A stretch of DNA of 64,000 bases from Octopus vulgaris (Eukaryota), in the NCBI GenBank assembly GCA_951406725.2, contig OX597835.1, positions 39,680,001-39,744,000 on the forward strand, in the 5' to 3' direction. Shown here one piece after another: positions 63,952-64,000 of the stretch. Position 1 is the stretch's first letter, and each line of letters starts with the position of its first letter. A program made the translations under genes and the position numbers. The notes below the pieces were generated by a model. It was not told where the DNA came from. It saw nothing but the letters and a program-made list of their open reading frames with translations, and did not search any database.

Positions 63952-64000
63952 CATGTGTGTGTGTGTATGTAGGTATATACCTACATATACCTACATATTA

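Overview
Eukaryotic, AT-rich, repeat-saturated non-coding DNA. The SINE families and extreme microsatellite load resemble an octopus/cephalopod genome (inferred from recall, not a database search). I can support no intact host gene, rRNA, tRNA or CRISPR array; almost all ORF-track entries are microsatellite or SINE artefacts. Content: dozens of tRNA-derived SINE copies (labelled families A, B, C, E/F, G here), decayed LINE 3' fragments (R4/Dong-type RLE, RTE, CR1/L2, Tx1/L1), a mariner remnant, Helitron, hAT and piggyBac-like non-autonomous elements, and minisatellites. Three signals stand out. (1) Five minimal type-I hammerhead-ribozyme-like motifs in short non-coding islands inside (TA)n arrays, two with the compensatory U3-A8 core, probably Penelope-like or retrozyme-like. 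(2) SINE B1 shares its 3' end with a Tx1-like LINE and repeatedly joins at one exact site (|GGTAT) inside copies of its own family. (3) An ORF-less ~590-bp element that stacks in (AAT)n arrays beside Dong-like LINE ends. All alignments and coordinates were done by eye; repeat boundaries are approximate.
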